Notes under the pieces: model-generated
Told to the model about the DNA's origin: nothing
The model's database searches: none
Seen by the model: only the letters and a program-made list of their open reading frames with translations
Shown here: piece by piece, positions 59,401-64,000 of the stretch
How the letters are laid out: each line of letters opens with the position of its first letter
How positions within the stretch are numbered: position 1 is the stretch's first letter
Assembly: GCA_964035545.1 (NCBI GenBank)
Contig: OZ037765.1
Coordinates: forward strand, 930,001 to 994,000
Source: Bugula neritina
Lineage: Eukaryota > Animalia > Bryozoa
DNA length: 64,000 bases
Direction of reading: 5' to 3'
Position numbers and translations under genes: made by a program

Positions 59401-62400
59401 ACTCAGTGAGTATAAGATTTTACTTTTTTATTATTCGGTTGAGTTTTTAATGTTTGATTTAGAAAGTCATCATGAGCTGTTTTGGTCAGGGGGCAGATAG
59501 CTCTTATGGAAGTCAAAATGCAACAATGAAAACAACTTTTTAAAACTGTTTTATAAATTATAGTAATTTTTTCAAATGAAAATTTTGTTTATTTATAGAT
59601 GCAGTTAAAAGTGCATTATTTAAATTTATTGTAGCTATTTTTATTTCAGCATTATCTAAACTGTAAAATTGTAATTTATAAAATAAAAATATAAGCTAAC
59701 TATATCTTTGTTTCCTAAGCAAATAAAGCGAAATGAAACTAGGCTAAATCTGTTTTCAAATTTTGACTAGAATACTTTGTTAAAATTTTAGTCAAATCTT
59801 TAGTGCACGAGTACAAAATATTTATTAACATAGTTCTTCTATTTAAACTTTTATATATGCCTAAAACTTATGCCTTAGAAAATATTATAGTTGGTGTTTC
59901 CATCACAAACAAATGCACAATGTTTTAGTCCAAAAATACAAAATATTTTGCTATGCACTTTAACTAAAACTTTGCATACTTAAAGCAGAATATGAACTGA
60001 ATTGCATTATAGCTGATAATCTTACAAGCAATTTTACTTGCAGTATGAGAGAGCTGGTAACCAACCCGAGCTTAATAGAGATTCACTTAGAAGGTATGAC
60101 AGTACAGCAGGCTATAAAAGCTGGAAAACTGTATGTTATTGACTTGAGGTACCTTGCAGATATAGAGTGTACAAATGGTAAAACGGTACGTAATACAGCA
60201 AATATGATTCCCATTAATCAAGTTTCATCTTATCAACTATAGTCAAAACAAGAAGAGAGTTTATATACTCGCTACAATCTACCTGTATTGACATTAATTA
60301 GGGACTTCCTTGATTACAACTGGCATTATTAATCTGCTTGTTGCATCATTGAATTGAATGTGGCAAAATAAATTGTTTCGATTGGCCAACAACATTTATC
60401 GAATTTTTTGCTTATTTATTTGCAAATATTCCTGTTGTTGCTAATAGTATTTCACAAACTCCTGAGTCATGATTTTCAACACGACTCGAGTATTGTGTAA
60501 CTCAATTTCCTGTTTCCGTTTACTGCAGTTGCCCGGACCAACATGTCTCTTGTTTGTAAGACACTCTGGGGATCTGGTGCCAGTAGCCATTCAGCTGATG
60601 CCAAATGCAGGAGCAGACAATCCTGTATGTACTTCAATATTTATATATTAAAATAATAACAAGAAAATGAAAGTGGGTTAAAGGTATAGCTTGCAATTGT
60701 AAATTCAGAAAGAAAGACCTACATTAGATTATATTGACTGAATTAGTTTATCAAATAAACTAGATGTTGTTAGAATAGAATTCATATTTTTGTATATTTC
60801 GTTATTCAAATAACCCAGTGCATAAAATTAGACAATAACACATTGAAGTAGCTGAAATATTAGCCTTTCACTGTATTTAATGCCCTATTGCTGTGTATAA
60901 TATATTCATGTATGCATAGTATGCTGGCTCTGCGCCAATTGCTAAGATGCACTGTATGTACTATTCTACTCACATTGAAGTAGCTGAAATATTAGCCTTT
61001 CACTGTATTTAATGCCCTATTGCTGTGTATAATATATTCATGTATGCATAGTATGCTGGCTCTGCGCCAATTGCTAAGATGCACTGTATGTACTATTCTA
61101 CTCACAGTATTATTAAACAACTGTAATCTCTGGCCATGGTAGAATACTACCTCTTCTGTAAGAGATTAGGTGATATATTTGGATATAAGTACTAAATACT
61201 ATAATTAATCATTTGAACTTAGGTGCATGTCATGTATTTTGATGCAATATTTATTACGAATAACTCAAAGTTTCAAACTACAAAATGTTATAACAACTAT
61301 TCTATGAGTATTTTTATTTAAAATCAGTCTTATTAATAACGACCCCTGAGATGTTATTTAAGTGCAAATCAGACGCAAAATGTGTATCTTATACTCTAAA
61401 ACAATTTTTTTCACTGAGATTCAAACCCGAGACCTCCGGCTTGCAAGCAGGCATTACACCATAGGACTACTGAGTAAACTCAACACTGCATGTACCTTGC
61501 AGAAACCGTTGCATACAGAATGGCTGCTGTTAGAATTTTTGCAACTTTATTCAAAAGTAGCAGCAAAATTTGATGCTATTTAAAAAAATCTATGTCATGC
61601 ATAAATTAAAATTTTTTTATTCATGATTAGGAACTTTTAATTTCAAGGGGATAAACTGATTCCTTTGCCAATAATCAATAGCCAATAATCAATAGCCAAT
61701 GATCAGTAGCCAATAATCAGTAGCCAATAATCAATACTTGTATTGGCTTTCCAGATCTTCACTCCAAGTGATCAACAATATACTTGGCTGGCTGCCAAAA
61801 TGTGGTTCAACCTCGCTGACTGTTCGCACCACCAGTCCGTCTCCCATCTTGGTAAGACAACTCCTATACAATTGCCTAAAGTACATATTTGCTAAGCTTT
61901 ATATTATTATCAGATGTGTTATAATATGTGCTATTATATAAATAAATAATATTTAATTTCATGTACTAGTTATTTTCATATACATTACAGGTATGACTCA
62001 TTTACTGATGGAATCTGTTGCCGTGGTAACCAACAGACAACTTTCTCGGTCCCACCCACTTTATAGACTACTTGCTCCACACTTTCTATTCATTATGAAT
62101 ATCAACTCGTAAGGCTTTAATTTAACATGAAAGTTACCAATTATGTTAAGTTTATTTGTAATAAAAGGATCAAGTCATTTACATTACGGACTTTTAAAAA
62201 AGTTTCTGAATAAAATGTAATTTTGAACAAGAAGTTTGAGTTTTGTTTAACTCGTACTGTTTTATTATGTAATAGTGAGATAAACTGTAGGCGGCAGTAA
62301 GCAACCGTGTCTTTTCAAATTATATATATGATTGGTGCAAAAGAGTAAATATGGCTTTAGTTGTATTTTAGCCACAACAACCTCTGTTTCTAATTTTAAG

Positions 62401-63872
62401 CAAAAAGAACTCAGAGCTTTGAGCTCTTGACTTCCTGTAGTGACAGCGTGCCATTATAGGCTTTATCAACAACATAAATTTTTAAGTATGCACATGCACT
62501 TTTTAAACTAAATATTATATACAACCTTTAAATCTTTACTTAAAATTGCAGTCTAGCAGTGGAAGCGCTGGTGTCGGTGGGAGGCTGGGTGGATACGGCC
62601 ATGAATATAGGACGCACTGGTATGTTCAACATAATCAAGGCAAATTGGAAGGACTGGAAGCTGGAGACTCATGGTAACTTGCCAGCAAATCTGAAGATCC
62701 GAGGAGTAGAGGAAATTCCCAACTACTTCTACAAAGATGATGCACTTCTGCTGTGGAATGCCATCAACAAATACGTGGCAGAAGTGGTCAACCAAGTCTA
62801 TGGTGAGCTCTGTTTAGCCTTGGTTCTCCATTATATAAAACTTTTTAGTAAATCTTTTACAGTATTCTTTGGCAAATAAGAGGTCTTGTTTATGTCATAA
62901 CAAGCACCAAGTCTTTTAGTCTTGATACATAGTTATTCAAGAAGAACTCAAATTACTTTGCTGTGTTGTATTATTTCAGTATAGGCAACAAATTATTGTT
63001 TAACTAAGCTAGTTATCATTATTTTATTTTATAGCTAAAAGTTGAATTATAGGCCTTCAAAAAAGTATGTGCTTAAATTTATAGGTTGTCAAAAAGTTTC
63101 CATTTAAAATTTTTTGCCAATTTTATAAATTAAACAGACTTTTATTCACAGAATTTGAAAGGAGTTCCTCTCAATACATATGAATGTAGTTGTCTTACCA
63201 CTTTACAAAAATTGTGTGCATTGACAAACATCTTAAAATTTTAGACACGGAGGAAAAATTTAGTGAAGATTATGAGCTGCACAATTGGTTGAAGATGTTA
63301 GAAGAGGAAGCAGAAATAGTAGGCACCTTTTCTATACTCTTAAATTAAATTAGTTTTCTTTATCACACTCTCCATAACTTATTCTGTAACTGCAGTTTCA
63401 ATGTTGTGTTGAATATAGAATAAAGCAAAACTATTTGCATTTCATTCTAAACAATAACCATGCAACACACATCAATTGTCACTTTCATTTTTAAAATTGC
63501 ATAGACTTTGCGCTGCTTTCACGCATAGTTTTTTTTAGGAATTTATTACATGATAACCTAAATTACATAAAAAGTTAAGTTACATAAAAATTTAAACAAT
63601 GTGAATAAAAATTTGCTTTACTAAAATAAAAGCTATATAAAATTAAACACTTACCAGTTGTTATTCTCACTTTGAAATTGTTAATATATATGAAGTTATC
63701 TTCTCAGGGAATGCCTAAGGAAGTGAGCAGAGAGAAGTTGATAGAAATACTGACTGTCTTTATTTTCACTTCGAGTGTTCAACACGCTGCTGTCAACTTT
63801 GGTCAATACGATGAGTACGCCTTTCCACCAAACTACCCCGCTGACCTTCATGGCACCAGACCTACAAGCAGA
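56441..63872 (+). CDS. Lipoxygenase (PLAT plus catalytic domain); 3' end lies outside the window
   Basis: Exons 56441-56530, 57582-57760, 58171-58399, 58611-58655, 58895-59020, 59308-59405, 60044-60185, 60529-60624, 61755-61851, 61991-62108, 62552-62802, 63245-63318, 63708-63872; 570 codons in frame. Motifs [45 protein letters not shown], Fe ligands HLGMTHL and QHAAVNFGQ. Confidence 0.96.
60839..61105. repeat. Perfect 132-nt tandem duplication
   Basis: cacattgaagtagctg...ctattctact starts at 60839 and again at 60971; the copies look identical by eye. Confidence 0.93.
61412..61478 (-). mobile_element. tRNA(Ala, TGC)-derived SINE head or tRNA pseudogene
   Basis: Minus strand TAGTCCTATGG (A-box-like), GCTTGCAAGC (anticodon arm), GGAGGTCTCGGGTTTGAATC (B-box-like). 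The acceptor stem does not pair, so it is not a functional tRNA. Confidence 0.55.
61667..61736. repeat. 14-nt tandem repeat (gccaataatca[a/g]ta), 5 copies
   Basis: Visible directly, just upstream of a LOX acceptor. Confidence 0.9.
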
Positions 63873-64000
63873 GTGAGTCATCGGTTTTCAATAGAATTAC
63901 ATCTTTTACTTTGCTAGCAAATGTCTGCTTGGGCCATCTAGGATCTTTCATTGAGAATAACTTCACTATCAAAGTAGAACTTGGGTTACCTAAAGAGTGT

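Noticed and set aside
61412-61478. Functional tRNA-Ala gene
   Set aside because: The acceptor stem does not pair, the T-loop is mutated (TTTGAAT) and there is no poly-T terminator on that strand.
25299-63872. CYP plus LOX as an oxylipin (CYP74/allene oxide synthase) cluster
   Set aside because: The CYP keeps the AGxET I-helix and lacks the CYP74 insertion in the heme loop. The genes are 26 kb apart with unrelated genes between them, and the LOX has no catalase-like AOS domain.

Overview
AT-rich, intron-rich eukaryotic DNA from an invertebrate animal; the gene style looks marine lophotrochozoan-like, but the taxon cannot be proven from the sequence. Splicing GT-AG exons by hand, with phases checked, gives eight protein-coding genes: a modular metallothionein (-), FAM32A (-), CFAP91/MAATS1 (+), a microsomal cytochrome P450 (+), a 662-aa mostly disordered Arg-rich protein (-), two tandem TRIM E3 ligases with RING, two B-boxes, coiled coil and beta-propeller (+), and a PLAT-lipoxygenase (+) that runs off the right edge. 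Also present are a decayed partial duplicate of FAM32A, an hAT MITE with an 8-bp TSD, a tRNA-derived SINE-like remnant, a foldback-like element and many micro- and minisatellites. The best candidates for new biology are: (1) the last exon of the Arg-rich gene, which carries the motif pattern of bacterial CdiA/Rhs C-terminal (BECR-type RNase) toxins inside a spliced animal gene lying head-to-head with the TRIM pair; and (2) the metallothionein, built from two symmetric 84-nt exons (one all-Cys, one Cys/His) plus a possible hydrophobic tail-anchor exon. All family assignments come from recalled motifs; no database search was run.
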